64,000 bases of DNA from a virus: positions 1 to 64,000 of the IMG/VR virus record IMGVR_UViG_3300032282_002699; one strand, given 5' to 3'. The stretch's first letter is position 1; each line of letters starts with the position of its first letter. Below the pieces are notes generated by a model, which ran no database searches, was not told the DNA's origin, and saw only the letters and a program-made list of their open reading frames with translations. Below are positions 49,046 through 58,999 of the stretch, in pieces. Both the position numbers and the translations under genes were made by a program.

Positions 49046-52000
49046 GTGTTTACGAAACGTCTCCACGTATTTAAGGCTGGGCCTCAGGTTTCAGCACAAG
49101 GGGTTGAAAGAGAGTTTTCTCCCAAAGACTTGCAAGAAGTTGTAGAATCCTATGACCCCAAAACCCACGAAGCGCCCCTTGTTATTGGGCATTCTGGGGA
49201 TAACGATAGCGCCCCTTCATACGGATGGATTGAGAAGTTCGTCCGAAAGGGTGATAACCTGTATGCTGATGTTAACTTTACAGACACAGCTAAGGATCTC
49301 GTCAAAGATGGGCATTATAGAAAGGTATCCATATCCTTCTACTCCCCGTCCTCTCCTATCAACCCCCATAAAGGTCAATGGAGTGCTAGGCACCTCGCCC
49401 TACTGGGTGCATCTCCACCGGCTGTAAAAGGATTGGAACCATTCTCATTCTCTGAGAAACAAGGTGTGTTTGACTTTGCTACAGCTTTGTCTCCAGATAC
49501 CATTTTTGATAAAGAACTAGGCCCTACCATGATTATAGAAAAAAGCCCACTAGAACTCCTTAAGGATCGCCTCGAAGAAATCAGAGGCCAAATCAATGAC
49601 TCTCTGGAAGAGTTAAAGGCAAACCAAGAGCAACAAGCGGAAAGCAACGTGGCCCCCGAAGAAAACATGGCTCCAGAGGGTGATAACGCATCCCCTCAAT
49701 CTCCTGAAGCTAGCTTTGCTGAGGGTAAGAAGAAAAAGATGGGTCTTGAAGGGACGGAAACGTCTGAAGCGTCACAGAAACTAGCGAACATGGAAACTAT
49801 GGCTCCGGATGATAGGTATGATGAAGGGGTGACCAGGAAGACCGCCAAAGGCGCTAATGGTCAAGAAGTGCAGGTTGTTGAGGAGGTTTTTGAGGAAGGT
49901 GTTGATCGGAAAGTATCTAAAGGTGCTCACGGTCATGAGGTCCAAGTGGTTGAGGAAGTCTTTGAGGAGTCTCCTAAGAAGAAGGCTAAGAAGGTCCCGA
50001 TGGAGATGGATGTAGAGGAGGAGGAGTTTAAGGAGAAGCATGGGAAAAAGGCTAAGGCCATGCCCATGGAAATGGATGATGAAGAAATGGAAGAGGAGGA
50101 GTTTAAGGAGAAAGGGTGTGGTAAAAAGACCAAAGCCATGGAAATGGGTGAGGATAAAATGGACGCCCTGTATAAGGAGAAGAGTGGGAAGAAGGCTGTG
50201 CCCATGGAAATGGATAGTGAGGAGGAAGAGGATCAGGAAGAGTTCGGTGAAGGTGTTGGCGATAAGTCCGCAAAAGGCGGCAAAGTCGCATTTGGACACC
50301 ATGCCGAAAAGACCGCTGATGTAGCAGGTAGGGGTTTAACCGGAAGGTCTAAGTCCGATAGCTATGGTGACCGTCAATCTGTCGGTAAGGGGGGAGGCGA
50401 CGGTAGGGACATGACCTCCGATGACAAAGGTTCCCAAGACAAGGATAGGGAAGCCACCACTAAGAACTCCGCTCAGAAGGAGAGCAGGGAGAAGCTCGCT
50501 AAGGCTAACGCTGCTGGTGATGCCGGTGATGCTGAGTCTCGTTGGGCCGATCAACCTGAGGCTAAGAAGTTGGCCATGAATGCTGACCAGTATGACGAGA
50601 AGGGTGGTGACTATGAGGATAGGCAGAAGCCCGGTATTTCAGATGGCGATGAGCCACATGGTAGGGATGGTGGTCCAACCAAGGTATCTTCCGTAATGGA
50701 AGAGGAACCCTCCAATGAGGAATTTGCTGTCGATGTGAAGAACTCTAAGGATAGCGACAAGGTTAGGGTCATTCACCAAACATCTAGCGGTAAGAGAGCT
50801 GCTGTCAAAGGCGGTGAGATTCCTACCGATGCCAAGGAAGCTGAGTATGTTGAAGGTGTGAGCCACAAGACTACAAAAGATGGCAAAGTGTCATTTGGCT
50901 ACCATGGTGAGAAGGGTGAAGATCCTACGGGTAGGGGTGAAGTTGCTAAGGCCGGAGAAGATGATTCCCGTGATTCCAAGGGGGCTGCCCCTGAGGAGGA
51001 CCGTGAAGGCGTCATTGCCAACGATGACCAGGACATGGATCGTGTCAAGACTGCTAGCGATGCTGAGCAGGATGATGATAGGGTTAAGGAAGCCAAGGCA
51101 GGTGAAGATGCCGGTGATGCTGAGTCCCGCTGGGAGGGTCAACCCGAGGCTAAGGAACATGCCATGAACAACGATCAGTTTGACGACTCTCACGACGCAG
51201 GCATTTCCGATGGCAATGAGCCCCATGGTAGAGACGGTGGCCCCACCAAAGTCTCCAACATCATGGAAGAAGAGCCTTCTAACGAAGAGATTGCTGTTCC
51301 CCTTCACAATGTTAAGGAAGATGACTCTGTCCGGGTCATGTATCAGAAGGCTGGTGAGAAGAGGGCCCCTGTCAAGGGAGGTGCTATTGATCACGCTGAA
51401 GGTGAGGCTGATGGCCTGACCAGAGAGCCTAAGGCTGCCAAGGTTTCCGGTAAGAAGGATGCTCATGGCAGAAGCGGCGGTCCTACCGAGTTCCCCGACA
51501 AGTCTGAAGAAGATCCCGATAACCTGGAAATGGCTGTGGATCTGCCGAACGCAACCCAGGACAAGAAGGTTAGGATTGTTCGCCAGAAGTCCGGTGATGC
51601 CCCCACCCTTGACCATAAGGAAAAGGCAAAAACCCCAATGACCAAAACTGGCAAGGGTTCTACTTACGGTCAGAAGACCCCTGTCCTTGTAGAGGAAGAG
51701 GAAGAAGTGGAAATGGAGGAGTATTGTGGTATGGGTTCCATGGGCCAAGCTAAGGCCATGGGTTACCCGACTGCAATGTTTGAGGAGCTGGAGGCCCTTA
51801 AGCAGGAGAACAACCGCCTTAAGAAGGAGTATGAGGAGCAGAAGGTCAAGGCTCGCAAGAACAAAATCGCTGAGTTTGTCGAAGGTCTTTATGTCTCTGG
51901 CAAACTAACCGATGGTGTCATCCCACAAAGGGAACTCCAGAACTACTGCGAAGGTCTTGAGTTTGGAACTCTTGAGTTCTCCGAAGGTGAGTCCCCCGTC

Positions 52001-52198
52001 TCCACCCTATTCGCTTTGCTGGAGAGACTCCCCAACATGGTGTACTTCGGTGAAGTTGTCTCCAATGCGCAGTATCAGGATCCTGCCGACGATGACCTTG
52101 ATCCCCACGAAAGGGCCATGAAGATGGTTGCTAATGGGGAAGCTTCTGACTATGTTGAGGCTATCAAGATGTGCATTCCCTGGGGAACCAGAGGGTGA
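49046..52198 (+). CDS. Mu gpI-like prohead protease/scaffold with an acidic repetitive insertion of about 670 aa
   Basis: EAPLVIGH, PSYGWI, YRKVSISFY and HLALLGASPPAVKGL; C-terminal scaffold EFVEGL...GKL...LEFSE...YVEAI. Confidence 0.85.
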   Translation: MFTKRLHVFKAGPQVSAQGVEREFSPKDLQEVVESYDPKTHEAPLVIGHSGDNDSAPSYGWIEKFVRKGDNLYADVNFTDTAKDLVKDGHYRKVSISFYSPSSPINPHKGQWSARHLALLGASPPAVKGLEPFSFSEKQGVFDFATALSPDTIFDKELGPTMIIEKSPLELLKDRLEEIRGQINDSLEELKANQEQQAESNVAPEENMAPEGDNASPQSPEASFAEGKKKKMGLEGTETSEASQKLANMETMAPDDRYDEGVTRKTAKGANGQEVQVVEEVFEEGVDRKVSKGAHGHEVQVVEEVFEESPKKKAKKVPMEMDVEEEEFKEKHGKKAKAMPMEMDDEEMEEEEFKEKGCGKKTKAMEMGEDKMDALYKEKSGKKAVPMEMDSEEEEDQEEFGEGVGDKSAKGGKVAFGHHAEKTADVAGRGLTGRSKSDSYGDRQSVGKGGGDGRDMTSDDKGSQDKDREATTKNSAQKESREKLAKANAAGDAGDAESRWADQPEAKKLAMNADQYDEKGGDYEDRQKPGISDGDEPHGRDGGPTKVSSVMEEEPSNEEFAVDVKNSKDSDKVRVIHQTSSGKRAAVKGGEIPTDAKEAEYVEGVSHKTTKDGKVSFGYHGEKGEDPTGRGEVAKAGEDDSRDSKGAAPEEDREGVIANDDQDMDRVKTASDAEQDDDRVKEAKAGEDAGDAESRWEGQPEAKEHAMNNDQFDDSHDAGISDGNEPHGRDGGPTKVSNIMEEEPSNEEIAVPLHNVKEDDSVRVMYQKAGEKRAPVKGGAIDHAEGEADGLTREPKAAKVSGKKDAHGRSGGPTEFPDKSEEDPDNLEMAVDLPNATQDKKVRIVRQKSGDAPTLDHKEKAKTPMTKTGKGSTYGQKTPVLVEEEEEVEMEEYCGMGSMGQAKAMGYPTAMFEELEALKQENNRLKKEYEEQKVKARKNKIAEFVEGLYVSGKLTDGVIPQRELQNYCEGLEFGTLEFSEGESPVSTLFALLERLPNMVYFGEVVSNAQYQDPADDDLDPHERAMKMVANGEASDYVEAIKMCIPWGTRG

Positions 52199-52257
52199 TA
52201 CTTTACTAAGATGACACTGTGCAACTATCTTTCATAGAGTCAACGGATCTCCTTTCC

Positions 52258-52998
52258 ATGGTGGGGCAATCCACTAAACGGAAGGGAGATTTTCTCTCTC
52301 AGGCAGAAAACTTGGCCAAGTTGGTTAAAACTCCCGAGAAGTTGGAGCGTAAGATGTTAGTGGAGTCCCGAATCCTTGTAAAGGCTCTTCGGGACAAACA
52401 GATTAAGTGGGATGAGTATTCTCGTTCCCTGATTCAGAATACTTTGGTTTCGGCCCTCTGTGCCGTTTACCTTGGCAGCAAGGATAATAACCCTAAGAAA
52501 AAGATGGAGGCTGCTTGGCCCATCATCATAGGGGACATGCTTCCCCCTCTTGTAAAGTTCTTAGCAGAGACTAAATACCGGATTGACACCGGGAAGCTGC
52601 TGCTGGGGGACACTACGGTGGACTTTGCAGATCCTGTGGAGTCTGAGGATTATGACCCTGGTGAAGAAGGTGAGGGGTGGGATGAGATAGAGTGGGATGA
52701 TGACGGGTCTGATGCTAACGAAAAGGAGAAGAAGGGTAAGACTTGGTTCGGTCTTTACGGCAGGGTAAATAGATACATGGTTACCCCTGTGTATTCCTAT
52801 ATTGCCCTAGCATCTTTCCTTATTAGGCAAGAGCAGGGATACAAGGAAATGAGAAGGGTAGCTGTGAAGGATAAGAAGACTTGTGATGATTGTAAAAACT
52901 TTGCCTCTTTGGGCTGGCAACCTATCGGGTATCTGCCTATGCCAGGGAGGAAGTGTACTTGTTATGACAGGTGTAGGTGTAAGATAGAGTATCGTTGA
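52258..52998 (+). CDS. MuF-like head morphogenesis protein
   Basis: RRVAVKDKKTCDDC...GWQPIGYLPMPG..CTCYDRCRC; position after the protease. Confidence 0.7.
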   Translation: MVGQSTKRKGDFLSQAENLAKLVKTPEKLERKMLVESRILVKALRDKQIKWDEYSRSLIQNTLVSALCAVYLGSKDNNPKKKMEAAWPIIIGDMLPPLVKFLAETKYRIDTGKLLLGDTTVDFADPVESEDYDPGEEGEGWDEIEWDDDGSDANEKEKKGKTWFGLYGRVNRYMVTPVYSYIALASFLIRQEQGYKEMRRVAVKDKKTCDDCKNFASLGWQPIGYLPMPGRKCTCYDRCRCKIEYR

Positions 52999-53026
52999 CC
53001 AAATAGTAAAACAACCCTGTAGAAAA

Positions 53027-53587
53027 ATGGCAATTTTATCAGCTTTATGGAAGAGCCAGTTTGAGGTATCCCTGGAAAGCACTGACGGGGAACTCAACTA
53101 CCCATCCTCCTTCATTACCACAACTGGCTTTGATATCGGGATCAAGGAAAACTACTCTGTTTTCAATCCTATCGAAATCGCAACTTGCTATGACCACGAA
53201 TACTTCGAGGATCTGATTGGCTATGTTTTAGACCTGTCCTCAAGCAGAGTCCTGGACAGCCCGTTCAAGGAGAAAAGGTTTGACCTTAAGGTTCTCACGA
53301 AGAACTGTACAGGGAGCAGGAACTTCGGATTTTCGTATTGCGCCCATGACTGTTACTTGACCGGTGCGAGATTCCTAGATGTTGATCGTTGCTTCTATGA
53401 TGACGAGGATACTAAGAAGACAGAGGGCCATGAGACAGGGGGTAATAGAGTAGCAAAACTGTCATTGACCCTTGTACCTCGCTACATCAGCCGTTTCATC
53501 CCTGAGGGGGACGTAGGGGAAGACAAGGAGGAAGAGTTGGGTAAAGATAGTGTATCTCAACTAGGTGAAAAACTAGTCCTAGAGTAA
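53027..53587 (+). CDS. Possible tail tube-like protein
   Basis: WKSQFEVSL...CYLTGARFLDVDR...VAKLSLTL, reminiscent of the gp19-type tube fold. Confidence 0.35.
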   Translation: MAILSALWKSQFEVSLESTDGELNYPSSFITTTGFDIGIKENYSVFNPIEIATCYDHEYFEDLIGYVLDLSSSRVLDSPFKEKRFDLKVLTKNCTGSRNFGFSYCAHDCYLTGARFLDVDRCFYDDEDTKKTEGHETGGNRVAKLSLTLVPRYISRFIPEGDVGEDKEEELGKDSVSQLGEKLVLE

Positions 53588-53617
53588 TCAACAAAGAAAA
53601 CCTTATCACAAAGAAAC

Positions 53618-54124
53618 ATGTCTCTGAATATCGCACCCGTTTACGGTCGTCAATACATTAGATACGCCTCTACCTGGGAAGCCGCTACTGATGCTGAAAC
53701 AGGTTCTGACAACGCCGTTGCCGCAGGAACCGAAATCGGTATCGTAGAAATCCCTGAGTTTGCTGTAGTTGCCTATGCAACCTACGACACTGCCCCCGCA
53801 AATAAGGTCTGCCGCCCCGGCGATCTTGCCACCTTTGAGGGTCCAGTCGTTGGCGTCAACCAAGGTTACATCCCTACCGCTCTGGCTCAGCCTTACACCG
53901 CTCGCCAAGCCTCCGTCGCCTCCAGCGGTTCACTCATCGTTGAAGTGGATCCCCTGAACGTTGCTGCCTTCACCCTCAATGCCCAACTATCCGTTGGTCT
54001 AACCGGTAAGGCTCTAACTGTTGCTGACGGTGGAGTCGAAGTGACTGTTGATGGTACCACCCCCCTCATCCGTGAGGTTGTGGACATCGGCGGTCGCCAC
54101 ATTCTGATCGTTTCCTTCAACTGA
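53618..54124 (+). CDS. Head decoration/cement protein (tentative)
   Basis: Ala/Val/Gly-rich beta protein; VVGVNQ...SVASSGSLIVE...LSVGLTGKA; followed by a strong terminator. Confidence 0.5.
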   Translation: MSLNIAPVYGRQYIRYASTWEAATDAETGSDNAVAAGTEIGIVEIPEFAVVAYATYDTAPANKVCRPGDLATFEGPVVGVNQGYIPTALAQPYTARQASVASSGSLIVEVDPLNVAAFTLNAQLSVGLTGKALTVADGGVEVTVDGTTPLIREVVDIGGRHILIVSFN

Positions 54125-54161
54125 TTAACCGGGGTTTTCACCCCTGTATCAAGTCGTTACC

Positions 54162-54188
54162 AAAGGCCCTTCGGGGCCTTTTTCTTTT
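54162..54188 (+). terminator. Rho-independent terminator ending the structural block
   Basis: AAAGGCCC ttcg GGGCCTTT followed by TTCTTTT. Confidence 0.9.
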
Positions 54189-54201
54189 GCGCAGCAAAAG
54201 G

Positions 54202-54230
54202 TTGACAGGCCTCTACAGGAGACCTACAAT
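54202..54230 (+). promoter_or_regulatory. Sigma70-type promoter opening the right accessory region
   Basis: TTGACA-N17-TACAAT. Confidence 0.75.
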
Positions 54231-57200
54231 AGATGGGAACGCCTTGGCATGAGTATGGAAGTCGCAAACTGGGGCGTAGGCCCCCTATGCCACCTTTACA
54301 CCTTCTACGATACTGAATGCAGGTTCGATAGGGTAAAGAGAAGGGTTAAGAGTGCCATTTGCGCAGGAAACGCTGTCAAGGGTTTTGAGTTTACCCGTGT
54401 GACCAGTGTTCCTGTTACCTATGATAGGGCCGTCAAGTCTATCGAGACCAGCACCAGGGGCAAGTATCCGAACGCAGCCATTGTTCGCTATGACGGAGAA
54501 CTGGTACATATGGTTTTGGCAGACGGCTCAGTCGCTATCTACCCTGAAACCCTGGGCTAATCGAAAACTAATGGAACTCATTCTCGTTAATCAGGTGGAC
54601 CCTGAGACTACGTACCATTGTATGTGGCGCAGCAGTAGCGGCATGTGGTCGATCGGAACATGGAAGGTGATGTTTGGTGTTCGGGCAGTCGCCTGGCGCA
54701 AAGGCTCTGCGGGTCCGTGTGTTGACTACTGCGCTGGCGATGACCCTGCCTTCCTGATTGAACTCCTAGCAACCTTGCGATCCATCTTCCTGCACCTCCC
54801 TGAGGGTATAAGCGAACGGGATGTGGTAGAATTGTTGCCCGGATGGCAAACACGTCCTATTAGCCATGACCCCTGCTGGGGGGCCCTACAGCAACTTGCC
54901 CAATCACTCATTACAGGAGGTAGAGCAAAATGAAGTTCACCCTAACCACCACAAAGCTGACCTATACGCCTGAAGAGGCCGATGAGCTTAAACCCCTAGG
55001 GTTCTCCTTTCTGAGCTATAACCCTATGTTACGGGAAGACCAGGAGGAGGTCTTGGCAATCGTGCAGACCAAGAACCCTTCCATAGAGTTGAACACCCTT
55101 GAGGAGCTGATGGAGTTCCGCAGGAAGTATGGGATGCTGATCCTTAGTGAAGGTCAGATAGAGCTTTATAATGGTTATCGTGAGTAACTGCTATGGTAAT
55201 GAAGGAGTTTTTTCAAGAGATTAGGGTAGAGGAAAAAAGCCCCGAAGACTGGAGGTCATTCCTTACTTGGCACGACTATGAGGACAGAATGACTTATAGG
55301 CTCCGGGGTTATGGGGATACTCCTGGGAAGGCGGCCGATGACGCCTGGAGACGGTATCAAGAAGGGCTGAAGGAGGATTTTGAGTACACCGAGATAGACC
55401 GTGCTGTGCCGTTCCCTGCCGACTGACTTTTTCGCAGAAAGGGGTTGACACTGTCCTGAGGGTGGTGTAGGCTGGGAATGTAAACGGAGTGAATCCCATG
55501 ATCTATGTTACTTTTTGCTCTAGAAAGGGGGTGTCTGGCCACGTCAATGACGAGGTTTTCGCCGATGAGTTGAAGGCTCAGATGGAGCAATCAGAAGTTT
55601 ACGGCATCCAGGCTGACGGTGATGAGTTGGCAGTTTGCTGCGACATCCTCGGCCGCAGACTACCGAGCAAGCGGGTTTATACCTTCTTGGGGGATAACGC
55701 CAAAGAGATTGCTCAGAACTGGTGACACTCCTGGGGTGCCGTCAAAAGTGCTATAGTGCCAATACGCACCCCATAACCAGCATGTCAGACGAAAAACTTT
55801 TCGAACTTCTTAAGAAAAAACTTCCAGATAATCTTGCTTTTAAGACAGAGGGAGGACTTAAGGGCAAAACTGAAATCTCGGGTAGTCTTGAAGACTTTCT
55901 GGATTTTGTCGAAAGAGTTTGGAAAGACGGGTACTATCTTGACCCCCAGGATTCCCACATAAACGCAGAGGGTGACTTTGTAGTCATGCCTGACTTTGAT
56001 AGGATTGCAGATGAGTATGATATTGTAGTCAGGGAAGGAGGGGTTGGTCTTGTCCCCAAGGGAAGGATTAACATGGCGGACGTCCGACCCCCACGACCCA
56101 CCCCTGAAAAAACAGAGAAACTTCCGTTTTCGGATCCCAAAAGGTGGGTAGAGTGGTGGCGCAACCCTCAGGAAGGCAAGGTGATCGACGTAACTGCTCA
56201 CCCCGTTGATGAGAATAATGACGATTAGCCCTGCTGCTCAGGCTGTTTTGGATGCGTACGGGAATGCTCCCGATTTCCAACGGAACTACAGTGTTGACGA
56301 GTTGGAAAGAGTTTGTGTTGCCGCCGCTATTCAAGAAGCTTCCAATCAGGCAAACCCTGAGGAGAATATTGAAGACATTGACTATGCCCACCAACTTTAT
56401 GTGGATGGTTGGAGGGATGCGTTGGAGACGATTCTTTCTATCGCCGCTGACTTGAGAAAATGAACCGTTTCAAACAACGTATCCCTGCGTTCATCGACTC
56501 TAGGGGGATAACGAGAGTTAACTTTGATTTCAATACGGTTGAGGAGCTTACCAGCCATCCTTTTATTCAAAGGTGGTTGAGTCACTACCCCGACTCAGTC
56601 CTTAGTAAAACAACCGGCACCACCTTGCTGGTAGTGTCCAATGAGGGGTTCACCTGGCGGGCCATCGGTTGGATTGACGATCCCGAAAGTCTTGATCTGC
56701 CCGTGTGGAGAGGGGGAAAGCACATCGTTAGGTATGCTGACGGGACAACTGAGGCGTTGACGCCAGAGAGTGACCCCAAGGTAGCAGTTGTCAGGTCTGG
56801 CGGAGAAGCTACCCTTAGCAATGGTGCCAAGTGCAGTATCATCGAGTACAATGACTGGATCAAGGACAATGCCCAAAAAATCTGATAAGACAATCAAGGA
56901 AGTTGACCTTAACAAGGTAAGAAAGATGATGGAGGGGTATCCGCAGGGAACCCGCATCAGGATGAAGGACGATCAGCCTTTGCCAGGCGTGACAGGGACG
57001 ATTGTGGGACGTTGCACCCAGGGTCAACCCGTGATCGGGATAAACTACATCATCCGCCCTGATGACTCTTCCCAGGTAAAATGCGAGCAATACCCGTACG
57101 ACTTCTTCTCTGCCTTTGAGTGCATGTTTACCGTCGTTGAAGGGGACTTGTGCCAATTTCTCCATTGACGGCACTTCTGACGATAACATCCAATTAAGGT

Positions 57201-57233
57201 GATTAACCCCCTATCCCCCCACCTGTGAGACAA

Positions 57234-57731
57234 ATGACAACTAAGAAGGATTTACAAGCAAAGATTGAGGAGCTAGAGTCACAGCTTACGGAGTTTAAGC
57301 ATCAGCTCTCACAGTTCAAGGATTATCCCAGTATTTCTGAGGCTAATGCAGGGGATACCTTGGAAGATGGCAGCGTCGTTATCTACAACCCATGCAGTGT
57401 AGCTATCGTAATAGCCCCCAAGGAAACAGAGCGGCTTTGTGAGTGGCGCCTAACCTTGGCTTCCCCCGTGTACAATGCCCTTGTCAATAACGGCTTTCTG
57501 CCAAGTCAGTGGTTTATCCCCACAGTCAAGCAGCTCCAGTATGCTATGGTTGCGGTTCCTGAGCAGTTCAAGGAAGGGACGTACTGGACGTCTGAAAAGT
57601 CCCAAGGCAATAACCACATTGAAAAGGGTGGTATAGCTCTTGGCTTCAACGGGAAAACTCCAGGCAACCCCTGCCACCTAATGTCCGATCTTCAGATGAA
57701 CGTTAGGGCATTCCGCTGCATCTTTCACTGA
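57234..57731 (+). CDS. Coiled coil plus DUF1566/C-type-lectin-like domain protein
   Basis: WFIPTVKQL...YWTSE...VRAFR motifs. Confidence 0.55.
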   Translation: MTTKKDLQAKIEELESQLTEFKHQLSQFKDYPSISEANAGDTLEDGSVVIYNPCSVAIVIAPKETERLCEWRLTLASPVYNALVNNGFLPSQWFIPTVKQLQYAMVAVPEQFKEGTYWTSEKSQGNNHIEKGGIALGFNGKTPGNPCHLMSDLQMNVRAFRCIFH

Positions 57732-58626
57732 CTTGCCATGGATACCATTATCTACTTGTTTGACCCCTGCACCCTAAGTGACGATGAACTCTGGGAACTT
57801 GTCAACCAGTATGAAGAGTTTCAGAGGGAAGGGGTGATCGGGGATTGCCGACTCAGGGAGATTGCCGAGAAAGAAGAACAGTATGAAGGGCTAGTCGCTA
57901 GCCTGACGATCATGAGGATGGCGATAATAGCTCATCGCTCCTCTACAGAAATCCTCCGCCGAAACTTCCCCCACAGATTTCAGGACGGCCAGGGGAGTGT
58001 GTGTTGTTCGGAGGGGGATTAGATGCCCAGGGAGATACTGCACCTTTACAAGCACCCTGAGATTGACTTCTCAGTTAGGGTGCCAACGGACTGGGATTAC
58101 TGGACCTATGACGGGGAAAGGGTTAACTTCAGGATCAAAAAACTGGAGAATCCTGACCACCCCAACCACACAGGGTTCTACATCATCCTGTGGATCTTCT
58201 CTATCGCACTGATTTGGATGAAACCCCGCAATGAAACTATCTGAAGAATCCTCTGTAGCCATCTCCTTTCTTATCGGACTGTTATTTTTCGGCCTGATTG
58301 CTTTTTCCTTCAACGCCTATGAAGGTTACTTAAAAGCATGGAGCACTCAGCAAGATCGACTAATGTTTCAGAAGGCATACGAGGCTGCCTTGGATTGCCG
58401 CCAAAAGGTTAGTCAATCCAGCTCTTCCCCCGGCAGCCGTATTATGGACCCAGATAAAATCTGCGGGACCGTCCCCTTCTTTACCGATTCTGTAGCATGA
58501 TCCTTGTATTTTGGGTTGTTACGTTTGCGGTTGACCTCTTATTCCCCCGTCATGGCCCCAGCTTCATGCTTGGTGCGATCTTCGGCATTGCGCTAACTGC
58601 TCTCTGTGCCAGGGGGGCTCCAGGGG

Positions 58627-58661
58627 TTGACAGGACCGGGGGGAGGGGACTATAATATGGG
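58627..58661 (+). promoter_or_regulatory. Sigma70 promoter, partial match to the early element
   Basis: TTGACA-N18-TATAAT-ATGGG; lacks the GGCGG/CCGCC hairpin. Confidence 0.75.
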
Positions 58662-58999
58662 AACTTGCCCCAGCACCGTGACCAAAGAAGTGTGGCACAT
58701 TCACAATTACGACGACCCGGACGGGGAGCAGTGCTGCTTCCCCACCTTCGACAGCCGCAAGGATGCCGAAAAGTGCATCGCTGATGTCAGGGCAATGGCC
58801 GTGAGGGAGGGGTGGGGATGGCCTTCCCTTGCCCCGGTAGAGGGGAATCCGCCCGCTCCAGCCCCGGCCATGGGTGACGTTATGGGTGAACACGTCTATA
58901 ACGGTGGTTGGTCATTCCCCGATCGTTAGCCAACCGCCAATACTTCTAAGTATGCTAAACTGCGACTCTTGCTCTTCTTAAAGTCTCAAGCATTACGGT

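Noticed and set aside
48260-51748. Long minus-strand ORFs (48260-48988, 50891-51748, also 9567-10367 and 25928-26713)
   Set aside because: They are antisense shadows of biased or low-complexity plus-strand genes, with no motifs or RBS.
57234-57731. CLec-like C-terminus as a diversity-generating retroelement target
   Set aside because: No template repeat or reverse transcriptase is visible in the window.
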